Positions 12,407 through 29,719 of a stretch of 64,000 nucleotides of DNA are shown here, in pieces. Origin of the DNA: the human T2T-CHM13v2.0 reference genome, Homo sapiens. The first letter of the stretch is position 1; each line of letters begins with the position of its first letter. Location: the NCBI RefSeq assembly GCF_009914755.1, contig NC_060942.1, one strand, 5' to 3'. A program made the translations under genes and the position numbers. The notes below the pieces were generated by a model. The model was given only the letters and a program-made list of their open reading frames with translations. It was not told the origin of the DNA and did not search any database.

Positions 12407-15400
12407 ACGGGGGAGAGAGCAGGGCCTTACAGAAATCTTCTAGCCCCAGGCTGACATACTCACTCTATCACTGGACAGTTTGAGACTGGAAACTAGAGAA
12501 TAAACCCAGTACAATTTCCTAAAAAGATGAGATGATAACTTTCCCTTCAGTGATAAGGTAAACAGTGTCCTGAAGGGTAAACAAAAAATAAAAAAGCCTT
12601 TTTTTTTGTTTTCTGCCTTGTGCCCTCATGGTTAGCACTGTGCACTGTTATTCACAGACCACAGGGAAGCCCTAAATTTAATTGTTCATGCCTAGCTCTG
12701 CTAGAAATAGGCAAAAATAATCAGAATCTCCCTCCTCCCAATTTCAGGGAGGGGTGGGGGTTGGGGGAAAGAAAAGAGGGTGGCAGCTTGAAAGCTGATG
12801 AATGAATGCCCTTTATTTATCCTTTGGCAAGATGGGATATAGATATCCACAGTGCAAACCTTTCATGCCTGCTTTCCAATGCTGCAATACTGGTGGAAAA
12901 GAGGATGTCATTTTTATACCAAGAGATTACAAATTTCCCCCTACTCCATATTTTTGATAGGAGTGGTCAAAATGCAATTCTTTAGAGGTCAAATTGGGGA
13001 AAACTGAGGTCTATATTTTTAAAAATTACAGCTGTTATAATTTGTTGACAAATTGTGAGGTTAATGAGGTCTTAGATTTCTGGTTTATAATATACAAAGA
13101 CTAACTGATAAGAGATGATGGAGAGAATAGCATAGTGGGCAGGATAAATAAGTATTTCACTCAGGAAGTACACTTGTCACAAATCATAGTCCTTTTCTTT
13201 TCCTCCTCTCTGCACTCCACGAAATAAATCAATAAATTTCCAAAAGGATGAAAAAACTCTAAGTGGGTAAATGAAAAGCAAACACCTACCACACAAATAC
13301 TCACTCTGTCAAGTGAAAATTACATCCGCATAGGAGAATGCCATGTTAGCTTTCTTCTTGGGTAAACATCTCTATCCTTAACACACTATAGAAGCTAAGG
13401 ATAAATTTAGTCTTTGTGATTAATACAATTAATTACAAGTACTCTGGTTCTTCAGAAATGCCTCAAGGATGTCACAGAAGTTTTCATTAAAAGTGTCAGC
13501 TCCTGCTTCAGAAAATGTATGTGCAACGTAGTTTATTGTTCTTTGCTAATATTCCTTTTGTAAATTCTTGTTTTATTTTTTTTCCTATGAATATTGTTTT
13601 CCTTTATAAATTTGCTGTTTTCTAATGGTGTCCTATTAACACACAAAAGCTGAATTCAGGGTCCCTTTCTATGCCAATGGAAGGGAGTAGAAAAGACAGT
13701 GAAGGCATCCATTTGTTACTTGAATAACTGGAAATCTATAGTCTGGGATTCTCAAAAGCACTGCCTCTTAAGTCACTGAGGGCTCTCTGCAGAGAGTGAA
13801 GCTTAATTACTACCGTGGACATAATTTGGGGATCTGACACTTATTCTTTGAGGGCTGACCAGAAGTCATCAACTTCTTTCCATGATTTCATTTCACTAAA
13901 TAATACGATCATGGCAGACTTCATTTAGGCTCAAAGCAAATCCTACTGCTGAAAGGTCTTTTTTCCCATTGTCTTAGCCACTTAGTCCCCATTGGGGGCT
14001 ATTATTAGAATTGGAATTTAATGTATCTCTTTTCCCCTTTAAATTTAACGAATAAAAAAAAACAGAAAAAGAAAATCAATGGCACTTTTCATTAGCTGGT
14101 TCTTATACCTATGGCAGGGCATGAATCATGGGCTTTTCTGTTCATAAAGTATTATATAGTAAAGACTCTCTAAATAATAAATAAAAGTAACATGCATGTT
14201 TAGATTTGTCTTCTCAGTAACTTATAATGCTTCCCATTCTCATATCATGAATTCACATTACATTCCTGTGAAGCAGTTGTGTTCTGTGTATTACAGTCTC
14301 CATTACATACTTAAGAAAACAGAGTTACTAAATTACTAACAAAAAAGTCATTCAGTGATGAATGTTCAAGCCCCAATCTCCTGTCTTCCTCAGGGGAGTG
14401 GGTTTTGAGGGAGTTGAGGCTGCTCAAGGCTGGTTGTCTATTCAGCCACAGCTTGCTTTGAGGCAGGGCCTGACTCCAGTGAGTTTACAAAGAGCTTGAC
14501 CTCAATTTCTCCGCCAGGAAAACCTCAATAATGCTCTAGCTATCCTGGCCTAGACAACCTAATATTCAAAGCAGTATATTAATAGAGATAAGCACTTAGG
14601 GTTAAGGTGGTAAAAAGACCAAATATTTGAATAAAATGACATTTTTATTCTGGAACTTTCAGTGACCAGGGTGGCTCAAGAACAATGGGTGACTGAAGCG
14701 ATCTGTTGTGATGGTATTCTCCTGTGGCACTGGAGCACTGTAGAACTCAGCTGCTAAGAGTTTTAGGCACTCCAGGAAGAAGAAAATGCTCTTATCAGTG
14801 GCCCTACCCAGAAGCTGTGCTAAATGATCAGGGGCAATCTGAACTGCCATTGGAATAGAATCCAGGGTGAGAAAAAGACAAGGAGTTGATTGGAGAAGGT
14901 GGGTTAGAATGAGAAAGTGGGTTCTTTGGAAGGTGGTGGTTAGATTTAGATAATGGGTTGCATTGGGGTTGAGTGAGACTCCAACTGAGGGCCATTCTGG
15001 GAATCAGTTTATTTAAAAATAAACAAACTACAAAAACTAACAAAAGGTAACCCCTTAAACATGGTTTAAAATTATATTTAGAGTACATTAAATCTCCACA
15101 TTCTCTAGGATCACCCTACACACTAAACCTTGTGGAATGGGAGTGCCACTTGGATTGGCAGAATAAACTCCTACTAGAGCAAACCTCTTGCAGATAACTA
15201 CTATAAATTTCAGACAAAAGACAAACAATCATCAACCTGAAGGCATTAGCATGTGAATAAAAGCAGGCAGAGTCTGGAGAGTCAACACTTGGATGAAGAA
15301 GGGAATAACACAAGATGAATTTCCTCCTTTTTAAAAAAAACATATTTTATACGCATGTGGATGTCAGTACTCCAATAGAAAGCTTCAGTTATGTCTGACT

Positions 15401-15463
15401 TGAAGAACTAGAAAACATAATTTGGGGCAAGCATAGCCACTGGAAAGTAAGGGGAAAATCTGT

Positions 15464-15647
15464 TACATATATATATACGTATATATATATATACGTATAT
15501 ATATATGTGTATATATACGTATATATATGTATATATATACGTATATATACACATATATATGTATATATGTATATATACGTATATATATACACACACACAT
15601 ATACATACATACACACACACACATATATATACACACACACACACACA

Positions 15648-15687
<40 letters not shown>
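15464..15687. repeat. 224-bp uninterrupted alternating purine-pyrimidine (TA/CA/TG/CG) microsatellite
   Basis: Every step alternates R/Y; contains five TACGTA units and ends in (CA)n. Confidence 0.97.
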
Positions 15688-15689
<2 letters not shown>

Positions 15690-15889
15690 TCCTTAATTAG
15701 ATTGCTTCCAGTCAGTCCTGCTCTTGTATGGTTCAGAATTTGGTCAGGGATTTATGAAGAGTTTGTATACAGTATGTGTTTCCCCATCTCTACCAAGCTC
15801 TTTCCTTTCTAGTGTTTTCCCTCACTCTCTCTCTCTATATAAATAGAGAGAGTGCTGACATTTGAGCTACGGTCCAAATGATGGTTTGC

Positions 15890-19237
<3,348 letters not shown>

Positions 19238-19694
19238 CCTAGTAGGACTGGCCTATAACCATAATTCAGTCAGCCACATGAGTATACTAAAAGGGACATT
19301 GATAGATATAAAAAAAAGGAATAAAAATCAAATAAAATTATTTTCCTTTTCTTATTCTTATTACTGTAATAAACAGATCAACCCCTTTAGAATTAAAAAC
19401 TGATCTGTGAACAAATACCTTGGCTCCCTTCTTCTCACTTTTGAAGCAGTCTTTTCTCATTACAGTCACTTTCACCTTCACTCTGCAGTAAGACACTGGC
19501 AGTGGGGGCAACACAGCATAGACCTGCTGTTCAGGAAGGTGGTAAGAAACCTGGTTCAGGTCATGGGTCATCTATGCTCTCAAGTTTATCTTTCTCAGTA
19601 GTAAATTTCATAGTTTGGTCAAGAAGTTTTTGGAGAAAAATCCAAAACAAAAAAATAATACTGAATTTGTTTTTCCTTAACCCCTAAATAATAG

Positions 19695-20156
<462 letters not shown>

Positions 20157-20339
20157 AGAAAGTCTTAAAAAAGTGTTAGATGACATGAAATAACTGCATG
20201 TGGAAGTAGAAAGCACCCAGCAGAGTGACCACCATCCCCTTCCCCACCACTGGAGGGGGACAGTGAAGGAACAACAGGAGGGGCTCTGAGAGGAGAAAGT
20301 ACTGGGTAGAGTATGCAGAAGGGTGTTGCATCAGTAGTG

Positions 20340-20980
20340 CGGAAAAATTAGCCCTAAATTAAAGGTTGCTCTGCAACTCCTCCCCCCAAATATAAATAAG
20401 GCCTCAAAGGATCAAACTATTACAAACTTAACTTAACTGCTTCCCAAAACAAAGCTCAAGAGTAGTTATATAAATACAAAAATATCCAGTACCCAGCAAG
20501 GTAAAATTCACAATGTCTGGCATCCAATGAAAAATCACCAAACACGTAAAGAAGCAGGAAAATGCAACACATAGGGCAAAGCAAAAAATCAATCAATATT
20601 AACTGACACAGAAATGACACATGATAAAATTAGTAGAAAAAGACATTAAAAAAGCTATAACTACATTTCTGTGTATTCAAGACATAGAAGAAACACTGAA
20701 GGTGTTCAATAGGGACATGAAAGAGATAAAAAGATCCATATTGAACTTGAAGAGATGAAAAATACAGATGGATTTAACAGCAGATTAGACATTACAGAAG
20801 AAAAGATTAGCAAATTAAAGACAGAGCAACAGAAACTATCCAAAATGAAACAGAGAGACAAGGTAGTGAAAAAAAATGAACAAAGTATCAATGAACTGTG
20901 GGACAATTTCAAGTGGCTAATATACCTATGACTAAAATCCCTGAAGGAGATGTACAGAAAAATATCTGAAAAATAGGTAA
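20340..20980 (+). mobile_element. Old L1 (L1M) 5'/ORF1-region fragment
   Basis: AAATTCACAATGTCTGGCATCCAA...AGCAGATTAGACATTACAGAAGAAAAGATTAG...GAACTGTGGGACAATTTCAAG are typical of L1M ORF1 regions. Confidence 0.75.
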
Positions 20981-21715
20981 CTGTCAAGTGACAGAGTGTC
21001 ATGAACATTCAGATAATTTAAGTTATAATTTTTGGTATTTTCATGGTTTTAAGTATATACTATATTCTGAATATTGTACCTAAAATTATATTCTACCTGG
21101 AAATGTCTAATATTTATTTAAAAACAAGCCCCAATGTAAAATCTAGAATTACATATATCCTATCAAATAAGTGAGTGACTTTTAGAATATATTCAAGAAG
21201 TAAAGTGAATTTCTAATATAGATTTATCTCCACTTTTTATGGACCTGAATGTTGATCTATTACTGATGAAGCAGTTAAGAAATTTAATGTCTCACTTCTC
21301 CCTCTGATTGGAATGAAGGTAGCTTGTGAATGTGAAGAAAAGAAATAAATTTTGGTTGTGGGTGGCACAGAAAAAATTGGTAACTTGTAGTATAAGTATT
21401 ATCAAAGAAAGAATAGAAACTGACAAGTTTTAGATCATGATGAAAAAAAGGAAGGAGAGAAAAAAACATCAGGAACTAGCTTACAGAATGGGACATGAAA
21501 CTTGGTCCAGTGTGGCAGTGGGGAAGGTGTAATTCACAGGCACTCAGCCAGTCACAGGTGTTTTGGTTTGGTCAAATATAGAGCCCTTAACTTAGGATGA
21601 GATTCTATCTGCTTCTTAAGCTAGATCTACTGTAAGTGGTGACCATTATACCAAATATTAAAAATATAAACTAGACATTCCTCTATTTGGGATTTGGAAG
21701 ATTATTACAGAGATG

Positions 21716-21784
21716 TCTAATAATTATCTGTACTTACAAATGACTCATTATATGAGTCATTTGTAAGTACAGATAATTATTAGA
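21716..21784. repeat. Perfect 33-bp inverted repeat with 3-nt spacer
   Basis: TCTAATAATTATCTGTACTTACAAATGACTCAT-TAT-ATGAGTCATTTGTAAGTACAGATAATTATTAGA. Confidence 0.97.
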
Positions 21785-22330
21785 ACAAAGAAGTAAGAGA
21801 AGCAAACACTGTTTTGTTTTGTTTTTGCCTCAAAGATTCACTTACAGACCACATCGTCAGGGAACTGTTGTAAAGCATGCTATATTTTTTCCATAGTCAC
21901 AATGGCATTACTGGGGACTAAAATACTGAGTCAAGACTCAGTTTAAAAGAAAACACAGAAATGATAAAGAAAATGACATAAGGACAAAAGGGAAAGTGAC
22001 AAACCTCCTCAGTCAATTGAAATAATTCCGTGAAATAAGATTAATGTTTTCCAAGTCAAAAACCTTTAGAGCTAAAGTACCTTCAAGCAATCTCCTCATT
22101 TCCTGATAGTAAAGAGATTAACCTAGGTGATGCAACTATTCACTGTAAAGGAAGAAACTGAGTTGCAAGTCTCCTCAATCACAACCCTGAGCCTTGGTTG
22201 TTGCATTCTCCAGTTTCCTTGCAGAGGGAAGGGAGGGAGAGTAGACTGTATGCAGTGATTTTACAGAGGACTCCAGTGCACTTTAAAGTGCGTATTAACA
22301 TTCATAAAAATACACTTTCTAATATAACCT

Positions 22331-22346
22331 TGACCTACCTTGACCT
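22331..22346 (-). promoter_or_regulatory. Consensus DR4 nuclear-receptor element (candidate)
   Basis: Plus strand TGACCT-ACCT-TGACCT equals AGGTCA-N4-AGGTCA on minus. Motif match only. Confidence 0.4.
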
Positions 22347-25300
22347 AATGTGCTTTCTATAAGAAACATGAATTCCATATTTAGTTACTAATGGTTTGGG
22401 GTTCTCAGAATTTAGAAACATTTTTGCCAGATGCTGGTTTGGATGATAGAGGATTTTTTAAAAGATCTTCTCATGAAAGAAATGATCCCTTCTTTAACCT
22501 TTTTGATAAATCATCACCTTTAGCTTTGTAAACAATTCAAATTCACTCGACTGATTGTTATTTCCATAAGCCATCATTCCAGTATCTTGTAGAGATATAC
22601 TTGCGGGACTGGGAGCCAAGAAATCTGTGTCCTGGCCCCAGTGCTGCTTGGAGCCTGCGTTAAGTGATGGATCATTTATGGATCTCAGCTTTCTTATGAA
22701 AACAAGAAGCCGACAGAATGCTCTTTTCTCTAAATTTCTATTATTTTCAACTGCAAGAGCGAGGAGAGCAAAAATCTCTAGTCATCTTTTATTTGTAACT
22801 GGGTAAGTTTTTCTTCTGTTCCCCTTTCTGTACCCATCAACAAGTAGAAGGATCTGTGAAGAGATACAGGATGAGGAGGAGGTGGGGAAGAACTAAAGTA
22901 ACTACCCTAATTTTGTATACCTTTTATTTTTAACAACAGCTGCAGTCCTGCTTCATTTTTTCTCCTTAGCTTACTGGCCACTGGGTCCTGCTTCAGAAAC
23001 TAAGTAATACATGAATAAAGTCATGGCAATTGACTGCTTTTCATAAGCAGATCATTTGGTGAAATGATAAAAGTTGAAGAATTGAGAGTGCCTTTATGAA
23101 TTTACAGTGTAAATATAAGCTAATTTCAGAGCCATCCTTTATTTTTTGCTTCTTTTATTTGTACTGAACATTTCCCCCTTTTCTTGTCCTTAACTCTTAC
23201 TCAGATTTCCTTCTCCATTTTTGTCGTATTGCTGTTCTTGTGTTGTGCAAACTTTATCTTATTTTCAATTGGAGAAACAAATAAATGACTTAACTGTGCT
23301 GACAGTTAAAATGCTAGTAAAAATTCTATCTATTTAAGTTACATCAAATAAGCAGAGATATTTTGTTCCAAACAAATTAACATCTATGTCAAATACACTC
23401 CTCTAACAGTGTTGATACAGCTTCCAAAGCTCCTGATTTTAAACCATAGGTGTTAGAAAGATATATGTGCAAATGTTTTGAGCTATATAAATCCAAGCTA
23501 TGCTCACAGTAACAACTAGTTCTACTTCAAGTAGTTTTATATTGCTTATGGAAGTGTTATTATGGCATTATGTTAAAACATTCAACCAAAATTTCCTGGA
23601 CACCATTTATGAGCACAGTATATATAAAAGTGATTTCAATTAGTTGATATTATGTGTCTACTACAAGTACCTCAAAGAGTATGCATGGATCCGATAGTAT
23701 CCTGGAGGTATAAATTCACCCTCCACATAATATTTGATCCCATAAATCTAGCAGTTTATACCTCAAAGGAAACGGTGGATTTTCTTCTGTTTTTATTTTC
23801 AGTGAAATTTGAATCTTATCTAGCCACATGGGAATATGATAGACAATAATCCATTGTTGAACATTAGTCTTATATTTATCTAATTTATTGATTGAATGAA
23901 ATGAGGTCTTTGATTCAATTCAACAGTTTGGCATTTTACACTTTTCAGTTTATAGAACTGTTTGATTAACAATAAATTTCAAAACAGTCTATTCATATTA
24001 AGAAAATTAGGCCCAATACTAACAGATATCAAGACATACCTCATGTTCAATTTGTGGTTTAATCTCTCTTCCTAAAATGAAACAGTAATTGGTAAACCAT
24101 CTTGAATAGGTCTTGTGTGTGTATGTGTATATGTGTGTGTGTATGTTGTGTGTATTAAACAAGTTTGATTATGGGTTAGTAGGATTGCATCAGCTATCTC
24201 TTTGACTATGTGGCATCCAATAAGTGGGCACTAATGGTGTGTGTGTGTGCGTGTGTGTATGTATGTGTAATGGTGTCATGCACTTTCTCTAGGGAATTTC
24301 TCCAGGATAGATTTAGTTTTCAAAACTGCTTTTTTTTTTTTTTAAATACTATAAGCAGAAAGGTATGATTTGGTTGTGGTTTTGCTATTATTTCCAAGAA
24401 ATAAACTTGCTTGCTATCCAGTAGTGGCTGGCACTTTTAAGTTTTAATGTGGATATTAGTCCACATTTTGCAAGAATTTGGCCATTACTCAAGTATGAAG
24501 TTAGGAAATTGTATATTTTATCTGACATTCTATTTCTAGTTGTAGCAAGCTTTTTGGCGTCAGAATATTTGTGCACCATATTCCCCTTCAATGGTCCTCA
24601 TAAATGTTATGTTTGCCTTTATACAGTTTTTAGTTAGGAATTTGGATCCTAGGAAGAGCCTCAAGAAACTGGATAGACTCCTCTAGGACATCTCACAGGA
24701 ATGAATAACCTTGAAAACTTGAAAGTGGATTCGACTACCTGGTGACACAGACCACATGGTAATACACGAGCAATTTTCTCTAACCCCTAAACAGGTCTCA
24801 CAAGCAATCTTTGGTTTCTCAACACTTTTTTCCCAATTAAATTGACCAGAAAATATCCTTCTTTCCTTCTCCAGCATCTAACTTTTTAAGTTGCAAACTC
24901 ATAAATGAAGTCAGGCTATTGATATTATGCTTACATTCTACACAGTAATATTATAAATTTAAATGAAGCAATATCTACTCTGTGTTCTAGTTCCTCAAAT
25001 GAATAGTTTATTCCACATAAAAAGAGGGATTATTAATAACAACATTCTGTTTTTCTATTCCCTCTGTAGTTTCAATTAGTTATACAGATATTTACTTCCT
25101 TCTCTGTACCTGTGTCATATTTAAAAATCTTTATTCAACTGAAGAAGCAGCTCTGTTTTGTGAAGTAAGTAAAGTCACTCATGAATAACGTTTACCTCCT
25201 GGGGACTATTAAAGGACTGAATAGGAGCCACATACAACCATTCTAGAAATATCTATTTAAGTGGATAAAAGTCTTTTTATACTTTAAAATTTCCTACATT

Positions 25301-25954
25301 AGAGATAAGCACAATAAGATAAATCTTGGAAATCAGGAGAAAATTCTACTTCTAATACCTACAGTGATTAATGTGTTATTTGGAATGTAACACAAAATTA
25401 AAAATTAAAAAAACCAAAGAATTAAATTATTGTAATTACTGCACTTGTATTTTTTGGCACTGCAGGAAAGGACATCTTAGTCTGATAGCCTCCAGCACCA
25501 TAAACTTGGATAAGCCATCTGACCTCTCCAGGACTTGGTTTATTCATTTGGGCCAAGTGACTCATAAGGTCTGTGCCAGATCTAAAAACATCATGGGTTT
25601 GTATTATTGGTGGGGAATACTTTAATAAAGCTCAGATTGACAAATGTTGCAAAGCTATACTTTAAATACAAAGACACGCCATACTATTAATGAGTGATTG
25701 GGCTGGGGGATGCAATTGAGGGAGGAAATATGATGTGGAAGCTGTTTGGGGGAAGTGAAATAATCAGTTTGAAAAGGAGATTTTTGTGTGGGTAGATAAC
25801 AAAAACCTTACAATGGATATAAAGGTCAGGTTGTTGAAGGTCCTGAACTTTAAAATAGGGGATTTAGATTTTGATCTGTAGGTGACAGTAGTAGGACAAG
25901 ATACAGAGTGGGATAAAGAGGACCGACATAGAGACTTCCTAGCAGAGTAATAGC

Positions 25955-26140
25955 ATTAATATTAACAATGGCTAAATTTTATTAAGCACTTACTATATGC
26001 CCAGCATAGATCTACATCCTCTACATGTATTAACTCATTCAAATAATGGAAATAATAACTTTAGGATGTTAGGTACTATTATTAATGCTTTTGTTAAAAA
26101 AGGAAACTGAGGAAAAAGGAGAATTTATGCAACTTGCCTA
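25955..26140 (-). mobile_element. MIR fragment
   Basis: TTTATTAAGCACTTACTATATGCCCAGCA...GTATTAACTCATT...GGAAACTGAGG. Confidence 0.75.
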
Positions 26141-26504
26141 ATCAAAAACACAATAATGTTTTAGAAAAAGACCTAAAAAAAGATACGATCCAGAATGATT
26201 TGGAAAGGAGCCAACAAATATGAATTTATATTCAGAAATTTGAGTTTTGGAAAATATTGATTGCATTAAGAGAATATATGTACATTTCAAGTGTGGTAAT
26301 CACTTATAATAATTTTGCTTTTGGAGAGCATGCACGGACTGTTTTATAGTCATGTTTGTGAGTTTAAGAGTACATGTATTAAAGAAAAATAAATTAAAAC
26401 AAAAAAATTAACCCAATCCAAAACAGACTTGGTTGATTTGGTCTCTGTGGAAAAGAAAATAAATAATGGATAATGGAAAATAGTGAAATGTATCAAACAT
26501 CGAA

Positions 26505-29240
26505 GAAACAAATGACACCAATTCTCTAAAATTTGTTTCAGAAAACAGAATCAGAGAGAACATTTCCCAACTCATTCTATGATGCCAGCCTTTACCTAAT
26601 ACAGAAACCAGACAAAGACATTACAAGAAAGGAAAACAATAGACCACTATGCCTCATGAACACAGATGAAAAATATTCTCAATAAAATATTAGCAAATTG
26701 AATCCAACAATACATAAAACAATTATACCGTATGACCCAGTGGGATTCTTCTAGGTATGCAAGGCAAGTTCAACATTTGAAAATCAGTTGATGTAATCTA
26801 TCATGTCAAGAGACTAAAGAAAAAAAAAATCGTATCAACAGATACAAAAAAAGAATTTGACAAAATCCAACATCTATTCATGATAAAAACTCTGACAAAA
26901 CTAGCAATAGGGGGTAACTGCTTCAATTTCATGAAGAATATCTACAAAAATCTATAACTAACATCATACCAGTGGTAAGAAGCTAGAAGCTTTCCCTCTA
27001 AGATCTGAAACAAGGCAAAGATGTCTCCTCTCAACATTCCCTTTCAATATCATACTGAAAGTTGTAGCTGATATAAGAAAAAGATAAAAAATATACAGAC
27101 TGGAAAAAAAGACATTAAAACTTTGTTTACAGAATACGTGATTGCCTATGTAGAAAATCCCAGAGAATCAACCACAACGAAGAAAATCCTGGAACTAATA
27201 AGCAATTACAGCAATGTTGCAAGATACAAGGTTAATATACAAGTCAACTGCAGTCTTACATACAAGCAATGAGCAATAAGAATTTGAAATTGAGAACACA
27301 TCATTCATATTAATTTCAAAAAATTTAAATACCTACGTATAGACCTAATGATATATGTACAAGGTCTATATGAGATAAACTACAAAACTCTGATGCAAGA
27401 GATTTAAAAAGATCAACATAAATGGAAACATATTTCATGTTAATGGATAGAACAACTCAATATTGTTAAGATGTCAATTCTTCCCAACTTGACCAATAAA
27501 TTTAACACAATCCCAATCTAAATTCCAGCATGTTATTTTTGTGGATATTGACAAAAAGATTCTATAGTTTATACAAAAGGCAAAAGAACCAGAATAGCCA
27601 AAATGATACTGAAGAAGAGCAAAATCAGAGAACTAATGCCACTCAACTTCAAGACCTATTATAAAACTACAGAAATCAAGATAGTATGGTATTAGTGAAA
27701 GGACAGACAAATGAATCAATGAAGCAGAATAGAGAGCCCTGAATTGATTCACACAAATATAGTCAACTGATCTTGGACAAAGAAGCAAGGGTAATCTAAT
27801 GGTGAAAGTATAATTTCCTAAACAAATGATGCTAGAACTAGACTTTCACACGGAATAATAATAATAATAATAATAATTATTATTAATAATTAATCTGTGT
27901 CTAGATTTCTAGACACAGATCTTACACATTTCACAAAAACTAACTCAAGATGGATCATAGACTAAATGTAAAGTACAAAATCAAAACTTCTAGAAGACAA
28001 CAGGAAAATCTAGGTACCGGGTGTTTGGCAATAAATTTTTAGATAGAACACTAAAAGCATGATCCATGAAAGAAAATTCAAGAAGATAAGCTTCATTGAA
28101 GTTAAAAACTTCTGCTCTGCAAAAGACAATATTAGGAGATTGAAAAGATAAGCTATATAATGAGAGAATATATTTGCAAACACATGTCTGATAAAGGACT
28201 TGTATCTAAAATATGTAATAGTCTTAAGATCCAGTAATTAGAAAACAAACAACTCAATTAGAAAGTGGCGGGGTGGGGGGTATGATCTGGACACTTCACC
28301 GAAGAAGATACACAGATGGCAAATAGGTACATAAAAAGATGCTCTGCATCATGTGTCATTAGTGAATTGTGAACAAAAATAATGATGAGATAGCACTCTG
28401 TACCTGTCAGAATGACTGATTTCCGAAACACTGACAAAACCAAATGCTGGCAATGATGCTGAGCCACAGAAACCCCCATTTATTGTGGTGGGAATACAAA
28501 ATTATACTGCCTCACTGAAAGACAGTTTGGAGCTTTCTTATAAAGCTAAGCATAATATTAACATATTATTTCAGCAATTGAGCTCCTAGGTATTTCCCCA
28601 AATGATTTGAAAATGTATGTCCACACAAAAACCTGCACACGAATGTTTACAGCAGCTTTAGTTATAACTGCCCAAACTGGAAGCAACAACTAAGATGTCT
28701 TTCAATAGATAAATGAATAAATGAAGTGTGGTATGCCAATTTAATGGAATATTATGCAGCAATAGAAAGAAATGAGCTATCAAGTCATGAAACACATGGA
28801 TGAATCTCAAATGCATATTGTAAGTAAAAGAAGCCAGTCTGAAAAGCTACATCCTGTATTATTCCAAGTATATGACATTCTGCAAAAGGCAAAACTATGG
28901 AGACAGTAAAAAAAATATCAGTAGTTACTAGGGCTTCAGGGGAAGGAGCAGAGGGATGAGTAGATAGAACAAAGAAAATTTTTTGGGCAGTGAAACTATT
29001 CTGTAAGATACTATAATTGTGGACACATGATATGCAAAATCTATAGAACTGTGCAAAACAGAGTGAACCCTAATATAAACTGTGAACTTTAATGTATCAT
29101 TATTGGTTCATCAATTGTAGCAAATGTACCATACCACTGCAAGATGTTAATGATGGGAGAATAAAGTCATGGGGGAAAAACAATATGGAAATGGTACTTT
29201 CTGTTAAACTCTTTTGTAAAACTAAAACTGCTTTAAGAAA
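26505..29240 (+). mobile_element. L1MC/L1MD-type element: ORF2 RT region through 3' UTR, degenerate
   Basis: CCCAACTCATTCTATGATGCCAGC...TATGCAAGGCAAGTTCAACATTTGAAAATC...; 3' UTR GGCAAAACTATGGAGACAGTAAAA...GTGAACCCTAATATAAAC...GCAAGATGTTAAT. Confidence 0.9.
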
Positions 29241-29263
29241 GTTTATTCATTAGAAATAAATCC

Positions 29264-29550
29264 AGCCCAGGCACTATGGCTCACACTTGTTATCCCAGCA
29301 CTTTGGGAAGCTGAGGTGAGATGATTCCTTAAGGCTAGGAGTTGGAGATAGGCCTGGGCAACATAGCGAGACCCCATCTCTACAAAAAATTCAATAATTA
29401 GCCAGGTGTTGTGGTGCATGCCTGTAGTCCCAGCTACTTGGGAGGCTGAGGTGGGAGGATCACTGGAGCCCAGCAGTTTGAGGCTGAAGTGGGTTATGAT
29501 CACACCACTGCACTCCAGCCTGGGTGAAAGAATGAGATCCTGTCTCTAAA

Positions 29551-29586
<36 letters not shown>
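29264..29586 (+). mobile_element. AluJ with (AATC)9 tail
   Basis: J-type GGGCAACATAGCGAGACCCCATCTC and GTGGGAGGATCACT; AATC x9 at 29551-29586. Confidence 0.92.
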
Positions 29587-29719
29587 CTACACAATCCAAA
29601 ATATATCTTTTTTTCCGATTGGAGAGTCTCCATGGTATACTTATGTGGAAAATGAATAGTGTAATCAGAAAAGTTTGGTAGCAGCCACAGAGAACCAAAG
29701 GGAAGAAAGCATGAGAAAG

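Noticed and set aside
15389-15812. CVCV/THTH/YIYI ORFs (also 12181-12483)
   Set aside because: Microsatellite translations.
23705-23764. 10-bp inverted repeat GAGGTATAAA/TTTATACCTC with 40-nt spacer
   Set aside because: A few such repeats are expected by chance in 64 kb.
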